Shown here: positions 6,115 to 14,579 of the stretch, in pieces | Numbering within the stretch: the stretch's first letter is position 1 | Layout of the letters: each line of letters opens with the position of its first letter | NCBI GenBank assembly: GCA_046757525.1 | Contig: JBHHYI010000078.1 | Span: forward strand, 1-19,348 | Direction of reading: 5' to 3' | Origin: a bacterium | GTDB lineage: Bacteria; Zhuqueibacterota; Zhuqueibacteria; Oceanimicrobiales; Oceanimicrobiaceae | Length of the DNA stretch: 19,348 bases | The notes under the pieces: generated by a model | What the model was told of the DNA's origin: nothing | Database searches by the model: none | Seen by the model: the letters and a program-made list of their open reading frames with translations, nothing else | Program-made: the position numbers and the translations under genes

Positions 6115-8295
6115 ATGCAAAGAAAAGCAAGAAACAGGCGTCCTAAAGATTTTGCCAGCCGGCGTTGGCAAAGGTCTGCCAAGAAGAAGGCAAGCCATGC
6201 CTTGCGGCTCAATTTCGTCCAGTTCATTTTGTTCTTGTTCGGCTTTTTGTTGATCGCAAGGTCGGTGCAGATTCAGATTGTAAACCACGCGTATTATTCC
6301 CGGCTGGCCGAAATCCAGTACAACGACGAGAAGGTGTTGCCTGCGAGGCGCGGCCTCATCTACGACCGCAATGCCGTGGACCTGGCCTTGAACAAGCCTG
6401 GTTTTGACATTGGCGTAGACCCGAAATTTTTCACAGCAACCCCGGCGAATATTAGAAAGTTGAGCGAAATCCTGAACATGCCAGAAGCGCTCATTGCAAA
6501 AAAAATAGGCCAGGGCGGCGTTTTTGTGCCGCTCAGGAAGGGCGTGGACGACCCTGTGGCGAACGCTTTGAGAAAAACCGGCTTAAAAGGGATAACCATC
6601 GACGAAAAGAGTAGGCGGGTTTACCCGTTCGACGAAACTCTGGCCCAGGTTTTGGGCTTTGTAGACGTGGACGGCAAAGGATTGAGCGGCGTGGAGCTGA
6701 CTTATGATCGGTATCTCAAAGGCCAAAATGGCTGGACGATCCTGCAGAAAGATGCCATCGGCAGAGACATCAGTGCCATTGAATCAGCCACCAAAGAACC
6801 GATCCGTGGAGATGATGTTACGTTAACCATCGACTACGTCTTGCAAACCATCGCCGAGGAGGAGCTGCAAGCGGCTGTGGCCAGGTTTCGTGCTAAAGGA
6901 GGCAGCGTGGTCATCACCCGTCCGCAAACTGGAGAAATCCTGGCTATGGCCACGTTTCCCACCTTCGATGCCAATCGCGCGCACCAATATCGGCCAGAGA
7001 CCTGGAGAATTCGTTCGATCACGGACATATTCGAGCCGGGTTCGACCTTCAAAATCGTCACCATGATGGCAGCTCTGTCTTATGAGGTCAAAACGACCGA
7101 TGACATTCTGTTTTGTGAGAACGGCAAATACAAGCTCTATGGGCACGAGATAACAGACGCGGAAAAACATGGCTGGCTGTCGTTTGAAAATGTGTTCATC
7201 AAATCCAGCAACATCGGGGCCGCAAAAATCGCGCAGGAAGTGGGAAAGAGGAAATTGTTTACGGCGGCCAGAGCTCTGGGCTTTGGCAATAAGACGGGCG
7301 TCGGCCTGAGTGGCGAGGTTTCGGGCATTCTCAAGAAGCCCACCGACTGGTCTGAATTTTCTCTGGCGGCTATTTCCTACGGTTACGAAGTTGCGGTGAC
7401 GCCGCTGCAAATGGCCATGGCCTATGGCGCGGTTGCTAACGGCGGGCTTCTGATGCAGCCCCGGATCATCAAAGAAATCAAGAGCAGCCAGGGAAAAAGC
7501 ATTCGGAAGTTTGAACCACGGGTGACCAGAACGGTGATGGCGCGACAAACAGCCAACACCATGGCCCGTATTTTTAAGAGAGTGGTTGCAGAAGGCACGG
7601 GCCGATTGGCAAGGATTCCCGGCTATGAAATTGCCGGCAAAACCGGAACGGCCAAAAAGCCCCGGCCAGACAAGCGCGGATACTCAAACAGGAAATTTGT
7701 CGCTTCGTTTGTGGGCTTTTATCCGGTACAACAGCCCAGGGTGCTGATTTCTGTTGTGATCGACGAGCCCTACCCTACCCACTCGGGGGGCAAAGTGGCC
7801 GCACCCACGTTCAGAAGAATTCTTGACAGAATCATAAAAATCTACAACGACCCGCCAGCAAATTACGGTGAGAAGTACACCATACAGGATCGCAAAAGCA
7901 AGAAAGTGCGCATGCCTGATTTCAAGGGAAGGCGGATAGATACCGCCTTGCAACTGCTGAAGTCGTTAAAAATAAAGTATCGAGTGGAAGGTGACGGCCC
8001 CATTGTTGTCAGTCAAAGCGTGCGCACGCCGTCCAGGTCAGGGGGCAAAGCGGTACTGATTCTGCACACCCGGGATGGAAAACAAGTCCACGAAGCCACA
8101 ACCATGCCTGAGTTGGTCGGACTCACGGTCCGCAAGGCCATCTCACAACTGGCCATGCGAAATTTGGATGCCCGAATCGTCGGCAGCGGCAAAGTAGTCA
8201 GGCAAAAACCACAAGCCGGCGCAAAGATGAAGGTCGGAGCAAGATGTTTGCTGGAATGCAAACCCAAATTGAACGTCAGCTTGCTTGGAAAATAG
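6115..8295 (+). CDS. ftsI: Class B penicillin-binding protein FtsI with C-terminal PASTA domains
   Basis: RGLIYDRN, RVYP, GLSGVELTYD, SxxK (GSTFK), SxN (SSN), KTGT; two PASTA-like repeats (MPDFKG.., MPELVG..). Confidence 0.96.
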   Translation: MQRKARNRRPKDFASRRWQRSAKKKASHALRLNFVQFILFLFGFLLIARSVQIQIVNHAYYSRLAEIQYNDEKVLPARRGLIYDRNAVDLALNKPGFDIGVDPKFFTATPANIRKLSEILNMPEALIAKKIGQGGVFVPLRKGVDDPVANALRKTGLKGITIDEKSRRVYPFDETLAQVLGFVDVDGKGLSGVELTYDRYLKGQNGWTILQKDAIGRDISAIESATKEPIRGDDVTLTIDYVLQTIAEEELQAAVARFRAKGGSVVITRPQTGEILAMATFPTFDANRAHQYRPETWRIRSITDIFEPGSTFKIVTMMAALSYEVKTTDDILFCENGKYKLYGHEITDAEKHGWLSFENVFIKSSNIGAAKIAQEVGKRKLFTAARALGFGNKTGVGLSGEVSGILKKPTDWSEFSLAAISYGYEVAVTPLQMAMAYGAVANGGLLMQPRIIKEIKSSQGKSIRKFEPRVTRTVMARQTANTMARIFKRVVAEGTGRLARIPGYEIAGKTGTAKKPRPDKRGYSNRKFVASFVGFYPVQQPRVLISVVIDEPYPTHSGGKVAAPTFRRILDRIIKIYNDPPANYGEKYTIQDRKSKKVRMPDFKGRRIDTALQLLKSLKIKYRVEGDGPIVVSQSVRTPSRSGGKAVLILHTRDGKQVHEATTMPELVGLTVRKAISQLAMRNLDARIVGSGKVVRQKPQAGAKMKVGARCLLECKPKLNVSLLGK

Positions 8296-8362
8296 TGCTC
8301 GAGGCAGGACAAATTGTTCGACGTTACTGAACCTTCGAGCTTTTAATTGTGGAAATCTATCC

Positions 8363-9757
8363 ATGGATTTGACAGTTAGAGAGTTTCTTTCGATTAAACA
8401 TTGCAGCTTCGGATTCCATGGCAATCCTGGCATTCTGGATGAAGCGGTGTCAGGGATTTCGATTGACTCCAGAAAGGTTTCAGCCGGTGAGATATTCTTC
8501 GCCATTCGCGGGGAGACCCACGATGGGCACGACTTCATCGGCGCAGCCTTCGAAAACAACGCCCAGGCGGCCGTGGTGTGCAAATCCTGGTGGACGAACT
8601 GCCCCGCTCATCTGGAGTCGAACAATTTCTTCGTGGTAGAAGACACGCTCGCAGCTTTGCAGGAAGCGGCACATTTCTACCGGGGCAAATTCACCTTGCC
8701 TGTGTTGGCCCTGACCGGCACCAATGGCAAAACCACAACCAAAGAAATGGTGGCCACGGTTCTTGGACAAAAGCACACCGTTTGCAAAACCAGAGGCAAT
8801 CTAAACAATCACATAGGCTTGCCTTTGTCGTTATTTGCCCTGGATCAACAACAGGAGGTTGCGATTTTGGAGATGGGCTGCAATCATTTTGGCGAGATTG
8901 CCCGCCTGTGCGAAATCGCTGAGCCGCAATTCGGCCTCATCACCAATGTTGGTCATGGGCATTTGGAGTTTTTCGCAGACCTGGAGGGTGTGGCAAAAGC
9001 TAAAGCAGAGCTGTTCGAAAATCTGCACCCACCGGGCACTGCGTTCATCAATTTAGACGATCCGCTGATCAGCAAGTACGTGCCTGCAAACCTCAAATCA
9101 GTTACTTACGGCTTCAAGGAGGAAGCCAGGGTTTCCGGCGAGGTGTCGGGTGCTGACGAGCACGGGTGCTTTGCTTTTCGGGTAGAAAAGACGCCCATAA
9201 GGCTCAATGTACCGGGCAAGCACAACCTTTCCAACGCCCTGGCTGCGGTGGCAGTGGGCCTGGAGTTTGGCGTCAGTCTCAGCAAGATCAAGCAGGCTTT
9301 GGAAAATGTGGCCTTGCCCGGCCAACGTATGGAAATGTTTGAACGCAACAAAGTCAGAATCATCAACGACAGCTACAACGCCAATCCGGACTCAACAAGA
9401 GCCTCGCTGAGCGTTTTAAAGCAAACCCAATCGACGGGCAAAAAAATCTTTGTCTTCGCAGATATGTTAGAACTGGGCGAGCGCGCAACCCTGGAACATG
9501 CTGAAATCGGCAAGGCGCTTAAGGATTACCGGGTCGATGTGGTCTTGGCCTTCGGAGAATATGCCGAAGCAGCCGTGGCAGCGGCCAGAAAGGCCTCGAA
9601 AAAAATCGTGGCCAAACACTTTAGCGAGAAGACCGCTCTGGTCAAGGCTTTGAAGGAGCAAATCAAAGCGGGAGACGTCCTATTGGTCAAGGGTTCCCGC
9701 GGCATGAAAATGGAGGAAGTTTTGCAGAAACTGTTTGCTGAGTCGAAAATGCCATAA
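8363..9757 (+). CDS. murF: UDP-N-acetylmuramoyl-tripeptide--D-Ala-D-Ala ligase MurF
   Basis: IDSRKV..GEIFFAIRGETHDGHDF, TGTNGKTTTKEM, GNLNNHIGLP, EMGCNHFGEI, NDSYNANPDS, DMLELG, VKGSRGMKME; ATG 8363 preferred over TTG 8285. Confidence 0.96.
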   Translation: MDLTVREFLSIKHCSFGFHGNPGILDEAVSGISIDSRKVSAGEIFFAIRGETHDGHDFIGAAFENNAQAAVVCKSWWTNCPAHLESNNFFVVEDTLAALQEAAHFYRGKFTLPVLALTGTNGKTTTKEMVATVLGQKHTVCKTRGNLNNHIGLPLSLFALDQQQEVAILEMGCNHFGEIARLCEIAEPQFGLITNVGHGHLEFFADLEGVAKAKAELFENLHPPGTAFINLDDPLISKYVPANLKSVTYGFKEEARVSGEVSGADEHGCFAFRVEKTPIRLNVPGKHNLSNALAAVAVGLEFGVSLSKIKQALENVALPGQRMEMFERNKVRIINDSYNANPDSTRASLSVLKQTQSTGKKIFVFADMLELGERATLEHAEIGKALKDYRVDVVLAFGEYAEAAVAAARKASKKIVAKHFSEKTALVKALKEQIKAGDVLLVKGSRGMKMEEVLQKLFAESKMP

Positions 9758-9819
9758 GGCTGCTAGAGCGCCAGGATCCGTGCTGACGGTCAGAAACTCG
9801 TTGCTGCAACAACAGCCGT

Positions 9820-10142
9820 AACCGACTCGGGATGACGCACAATTTGCTCTCAGGAAACGCTCCTTTTGAGCGGACTGACAGTTGCTTTTCTTAGAGCACA
9901 AAGGTAGTCGTCCTGAGTAGTCCCGACCGCTTTTTGGTCGGGACGTATCGAAGGGGGACAGCCGTCACCCCTCGATACGGTCACCTGAACAGTGGTGAAC
10001 CACACGGGATGACTCGCACAGTGTTCTCTGGAAACGCACGCTTTTGCCGTTATTACAGCCTCCAGTGTCATTCTGGAGGAATCTTGCTGGCTGGCTGCAC
10101 AGTGCGGAACTGGAACAAGATGCCTCCTGCATGACAGGGCTG
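9820..10142. repeat. Cluster of GTCRT...ATGAC-bounded palindromic (REP/MITE-like) elements
   Basis: Element 9907-10013 (closing stem plus three internal hairpins, including perfect GTCCCGACC/GGTCGGGAC); element 10067-10135 (GTCAT..GGAGG.ATCTTG / CAAGAT.CCTCC..ATGAC); direct repeat 9828-9860 vs 10005-10037. Confidence 0.7.
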
Positions 10143-10190
10143 GCTTTGGCGTTTCCGGCATTTAAAGCAAAGGAGGCCAATCGTTTTTTC

Positions 10191-10219
10191 TTGACTTTTG
10201 CAACTATATGTAGTATCTT
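10191..10219 (+). promoter_or_regulatory. Internal promoter upstream of mraY
   Basis: TTGACT-17 nt-TATCTT in an AT-rich stretch 30 nt before the mraY ATG. Confidence 0.65.
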
Positions 10220-10249
10220 ATTACAATATAACCAACAATATATTGCCAA

Positions 10250-11335
10250 ATGATCTACTATCTATTGTATCCGCTGCGTGAGTATATTTCGGGACTGAAC
10301 TTATTCCGTTACATCACCTTTCGCTCCGCCTGGGCGGCGATCACAGCGTTGCTGATAAGTTTTATTATCGGCCCTTACATCATTAAGAAGCTGCGCCAGC
10401 ACCAGATTGGCGAAGAGATTCGTTCCGACGGCCCACAAACCCATTTGAAAAAGGCGGGCACGCCGACCATGGGCGGGCTAATCGTCCTGGCGGCTGTCGT
10501 CATTCCTACCCTGCTGTGGGCAAGAATCGACAACATCTACATTCTGCTCATCCTGTTCTCCACGCTTTGGATGGGATTGGTCGGATTCGTGGACGATTAT
10601 CTCAAAACGGTTAAGAAGGTGCCGCGAGGACTGGTGGCAAAGTACAAGCTCATCGGACAAATCACCCTGGGTGCCATTGTGGGATGCGTGCTTTATTTTG
10701 CACCGCAGTTTACCGGGATCAGTACTTTGAGCACGGTGCCGTTTTTCAAGAACTACGAAATCGATTTTGGCATTCTTTACATTCCCATGGTCGTTCTTGT
10801 GGTCACGGCGACCTCCAATGCCGTGAATCTCAGTGACGGCCTTGACGGTCTGGCCATTGGGCTGGTTGGTATCTCAGCGTTAGCCTGGGCGGCCATTGCC
10901 TATATTTCGGGTCGTGTGGATTTCAGCGACTATCTGAACATCATTTATCTACCCGGCAGCAGCGAGCTGACCATTTACTGTGCTGCTCTGGTAGGAGGGT
11001 CTCTGGGGTTTCTGTGGTACAATGCCTACCCGGCGCAGGTTTTCATGGGCGACACGGGGGCCCTGGCCCTCGGTGGGGCCCTGGGCACGCTGGCTATTCT
11101 GCTCAAGAAAGAACTGCTGCTGATCATCATCGGCGGCGTCTTTGTGGCAGAGAGCCTCTCGGTCATCGTTCAGGTGCTCTATTACAAGCGTACGAAAAAG
11201 CGGATTCTAAAAATGGCACCGGTTCATCATCATTTCGAACTCCTCGGCTGGGAAGAACCCAAGGTCGTCGTACGCTTCTGGATTGTGGCCATTTTGTTGG
11301 TTTTGTTCAGCTTGAGCACATTTAAAATTCGGTAA
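10250..11335 (+). CDS. mraY: Phospho-N-acetylmuramoyl-pentapeptide transferase MraY
   Basis: KAGTPTMGG, GFVDDYLK, NAVNLSDGLDGLA, FMGDTG, MAPVHHHFE. Confidence 0.98.
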   Translation: MIYYLLYPLREYISGLNLFRYITFRSAWAAITALLISFIIGPYIIKKLRQHQIGEEIRSDGPQTHLKKAGTPTMGGLIVLAAVVIPTLLWARIDNIYILLILFSTLWMGLVGFVDDYLKTVKKVPRGLVAKYKLIGQITLGAIVGCVLYFAPQFTGISTLSTVPFFKNYEIDFGILYIPMVVLVVTATSNAVNLSDGLDGLAIGLVGISALAWAAIAYISGRVDFSDYLNIIYLPGSSELTIYCAALVGGSLGFLWYNAYPAQVFMGDTGALALGGALGTLAILLKKELLLIIIGGVFVAESLSVIVQVLYYKRTKKRILKMAPVHHHFELLGWEEPKVVVRFWIVAILLVLFSLSTFKIR

Positions 11336-11344
11336 ACCTCAAAA

Positions 11345-12520
11345 GTGCAAGTTAAGTTGAAAAATACCAATCAAAAATACGACTCCCTCCTACTGCTAAT
11401 CGTCATCATAGTTTTGGTGTTAGGGGTGTTAATGGTTTACAGCGCAAGCTCTTTCAAGGCACAGGAGTTGTTTAAGCATAGCCGCTACTATTTGGAGAAG
11501 CACATTCTTAAAGTAGCCGTGAGCATCGTCGTATTGATCATCGCCATGGTGTGCGACTATCACAGATGGCTGAACACGTCGGTACCCTTTCTAATTGGCA
11601 CGTTTCTAATCCTGCTCTACCTCTTGTTGGGACAGCATGAAATGGTGCGCAACAGCAGGCGCTGGTTGTTCATTGGCAGTTTCCAGGTGCAACCTTCCGA
11701 TTTTGCCCGGATTGCGCTCATCATGTTCCTGTCTTCGTCGTTAGGAAAAGAGGATTCAAAAATAAAATCGTCGCAGCACAGTTTTCTCATCTACCTGGGT
11801 ATTATTGGTTTGGTTGCATTCCCTATCGTGCTGCAGCCGGACGTTGGAACCGCCTCTCTAACCATCTTCGTAGCCCTGGTGCTGTTGTTCTTGGGCGGAG
11901 AAAAAATTGGGCGCTTGCTTTTGTTTGGGTTTTCGGCTATCCCCGCGTTTTTGCTCTACATCACCCAGGCTGGCTACCAGAAAAACCGGGTCACTGAATT
12001 CTTGGCTTCCCTCAAGGGGGAACATCTGGCCTGGCAAACCAAGCAGTCGCTCATTGCTCTGGGCAACGGCGGGCTCCTGGGCCTGGGGTTAGGCGAAGGG
12101 AAGCAGAAATATCACTTCTTGCCAGACCCGTTTACCGATTTCATCTATGCCATCGTGGGTGAAGAACTGGGGTTAATTGGTAGCATCGGCATTTTGGTTT
12201 TGTTCATGATCATCATTTGGCGCGGCTTTAAGATCGCGCACAACGCACCGGACACCCAGGGAATTCTGCTCGCATCCGGCATCGTCATCAGCATCGCGGT
12301 TTACGCGTTCACCAATGCGGGCGTGGTTTTGAATCTGCTACCGACAACCGGCATTCCCTTGCCATTTATCAGTTATGGCGGTTCTGCTTTGATCGTCAAC
12401 ATGCTGGGGGTGGGCATTCTGTTGAACATTTCTGCCCAAATTCGCCAAAAACGCAGACTGAAACCGATGGGCCGGTCGCTCGTCGGAGGCACATACTCAA
12501 ACAGATATGGTTTCTCGTGA
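11345..12520 (+). CDS. ftsW: SEDS peptidoglycan glycosyltransferase FtsW
   Basis: MVYSAS, RRWL...QPSDFA, QPDVGT, GLGEGKQK..FLP...TDFIYAIVGEELG, PTTGIPLPFISYGGS. Confidence 0.95.
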   Translation: MQVKLKNTNQKYDSLLLLIVIIVLVLGVLMVYSASSFKAQELFKHSRYYLEKHILKVAVSIVVLIIAMVCDYHRWLNTSVPFLIGTFLILLYLLLGQHEMVRNSRRWLFIGSFQVQPSDFARIALIMFLSSSLGKEDSKIKSSQHSFLIYLGIIGLVAFPIVLQPDVGTASLTIFVALVLLFLGGEKIGRLLLFGFSAIPAFLLYITQAGYQKNRVTEFLASLKGEHLAWQTKQSLIALGNGGLLGLGLGEGKQKYHFLPDPFTDFIYAIVGEELGLIGSIGILVLFMIIIWRGFKIAHNAPDTQGILLASGIVISIAVYAFTNAGVVLNLLPTTGIPLPFISYGGSALIVNMLGVGILLNISAQIRQKRRLKPMGRSLVGGTYSNRYGFS

Positions 12521-13646
12521 GACGATTAACGTCATCCTGGCCGGTGGAGGCACGGGCGGCCATCTCTATCCGGCTATCGCCCTGGCCGAGGAAATGCAAA
12601 AGCGCTGGCCGGTGCAGATCACGTTCATCGGCACCAGTTATGGCATCGAAGCCCAGGTGCTACCCAAAACCGCGTATGGCTTCAGAAGAATCTGGATGCG
12701 GGGGCTTCGTCGCAAGGTTAGTTTTGGGAATCTCTTATTTCCCGTGCGATTCCTGGTTAGTCTCATTCAATGTTCTTTGATAATGCTGACCACACGACCA
12801 AAAGTCATCATCGGCACCGGGGGTTATGTGAGCGGTCCACCTTTGGTCATGGGCCTGATTCTGGGCATTCCAACGGTGATTCAGGAACAGAACAGCTATC
12901 CGGGAATGGTCAACCGACTGCTTGGCAGGTGGGTTGATCAAGTGCATGTTTCCTATGAAGTTTCCCGTTCTTATTTCAAAAACCAGCCCAACACTTATGT
13001 CAGCGGCAATCCGGTGCGCGGCGATTTCAAAAAAGCAGACAGGAAGGCTGCCCTTGAAAAGTTCAATCTAAAACCGGGCAAAACCACCCTGTTCATCTTT
13101 GGCGGCAGTCAGGGGGCCCACGCCATCAACCAGGTGGTGCTGGACAGTCTCGGACGGTTGTTGCACCACCCTGCTCTGCAAATTCTGTGGGCAACGGGAA
13201 GGCCTGATTTTGAGGAGATTTCATCTCGAGCCACACCGTTTGCAGATAAAATTTCGGTGCAGTCGTACATCGACGATATGGTGTCCGCCTACGCAGCCGC
13301 TGACTTTGTGGTTTGCCGGTCGGGCGCCTCTGCCCTATCGGAGATTGCGGTTTGCGGCCTGCCGTCGATTTTGATTCCTTATCCGTATGCGGCCGGAGGG
13401 CACCAGCAATTCAACGCCCAGGCCATGGAACAAGCGGGCGCTGCCATCTTGATCCCGGAAAAGGAACTCGCACCAGAATTGTTCGCAGAGAAAGTACTGC
13501 AGTTGACCAGCAGCCCGGAGAAACGGGCGAAAATGCGCGCAGCGGCGTTGAACGTTGCCAAACCCACTGCAGCCAGAGATATTGTAGACAAAGTGCAAAT
13601 TTTGTTGAACCCAAATAATCGAAGGAATCAAACCAAAACCTCATAA
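12507..13646 (+). CDS. murG: Lipid I N-acetylglucosaminyltransferase MurG
   Basis: GGGTGGHLYP, TGGYVSGP, EQNSYPG, GNPVR, GGSQGA, RSGAS..SE, HQQFNA. Confidence 0.98.
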   Translation: MVSRETINVILAGGGTGGHLYPAIALAEEMQKRWPVQITFIGTSYGIEAQVLPKTAYGFRRIWMRGLRRKVSFGNLLFPVRFLVSLIQCSLIMLTTRPKVIIGTGGYVSGPPLVMGLILGIPTVIQEQNSYPGMVNRLLGRWVDQVHVSYEVSRSYFKNQPNTYVSGNPVRGDFKKADRKAALEKFNLKPGKTTLFIFGGSQGAHAINQVVLDSLGRLLHHPALQILWATGRPDFEEISSRATPFADKISVQSYIDDMVSAYAAADFVVCRSGASALSEIAVCGLPSILIPYPYAAGGHQQFNAQAMEQAGAAILIPEKELAPELFAEKVLQLTSSPEKRAKMRAAALNVAKPTAARDIVDKVQILLNPNNRRNQTKTS

Positions 13647-13699
13647 TTGCTAAAAGAACAAACTACTGGCACGAACTAATCTCAGGGGAGGTTGGGATC

Positions 13700-14479
13700 A
13701 TGAAAGTTTACTCGCATTATAGAAGGAAAAGCAGACACCGCAGAAGGCCGCACCTCAATATGAGGAAGGCAGGCGTGATCTTTTTCACCATAACCGCCGT
13801 GGTGTTGCTGCTCTTAAAGATTACCGACTGGTTGGGTGCTCAAGAAATGTTCAACTTAAAAAGTGTGAAAATTGAGGGCAACCGTTTTATTCCAAAAGCG
13901 GAATTGCTGCACTACGTGGCGCTGGACTCCCAGAAAAATATTTTCGATGTGAATCTGCGGCAGATCGAACAGGCTATTCTGCAGCACCCCCTGGTACAGA
14001 AAGTCTCGGTCAGCCGGCAACTGCCTGCGGTGCTGAAGATCAAAGTTTACGAGAAGCAACCGATCGCCATTCTCAATGATGCCGAGCTCACAGCCCTCGA
14101 TCAATTTGGTAATCCGTTGCCCAGAGCAAATCCGAAACTCTTGCTCGACTTGCCCATCATATCCGGCATTCACAACAATTCGAGCGAATCCAATGCCTTA
14201 ACTAAGATCCTTACATGGCTCAGATACCTGAAAAAGAAGCAATTCGCGCTTTACAGCCAAATATCAGAAATCTCATATTCTCAAAGCATTGGCCTGTACT
14301 TTTATCTGATCGAAAAAGCTGTGCCCGTATTTGTGGGCAAGGCATCTTTTGAGAAAAGAAGTGAAAACCTGGTCAAGGTTCTGAACCAATTAGGAGGCAA
14401 TTTAAACTTAGCAAACATCGAGTACTTTGACCTGAGGTTTGATGGTCAGGTCATCGTGAAAGAAACTTCACGCAGTTAA
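13700..14479 (+). CDS. ftsQ: Cell division protein FtsQ/DivIB
   Basis: TM helix, POTRA domain (V.IEGN..., HPLVQKVSVSRQLP..L.I.V.E), C-terminal YFDLRFDGQVIV; GGAGG RBS. Confidence 0.92.
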   Translation: MKVYSHYRRKSRHRRRPHLNMRKAGVIFFTITAVVLLLLKITDWLGAQEMFNLKSVKIEGNRFIPKAELLHYVALDSQKNIFDVNLRQIEQAILQHPLVQKVSVSRQLPAVLKIKVYEKQPIAILNDAELTALDQFGNPLPRANPKLLLDLPIISGIHNNSSESNALTKILTWLRYLKKKQFALYSQISEISYSQSIGLYFYLIEKAVPVFVGKASFEKRSENLVKVLNQLGGNLNLANIEYFDLRFDGQVIVKETSRS

Positions 14480-14579
14480 CTAATTTTTTACACTGGTGCA
14501 GGCTCTTTCTGGTAACGCACTTCACGGTGCTTCAAAGTTACCTGAGAGGCTTTCCGTGTAAAGGAGAGTGGTGAGCATT

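Noticed and set aside
8285..8362. N-terminal extension of MurF or a MurE-MurF fusion
   Set aside because: The extension is only 26 non-conserved codons from a TTG; the protein contains a single ligase module.
9758..10190. RNase P RNA, tmRNA or tRNA in the murF-mraY spacer
   Set aside because: No GAGGAAAGTCC/AAACCC-type RNase P cores, no tmRNA GGGG..CCACCA ends and no TTCGA T-loop cloverleaf of tRNA geometry.
9680..10253. Small ORFs in the murF-mraY spacer as remnants of mur genes
   Set aside because: No Mur ligase motifs; the frames run through palindromic repeats.
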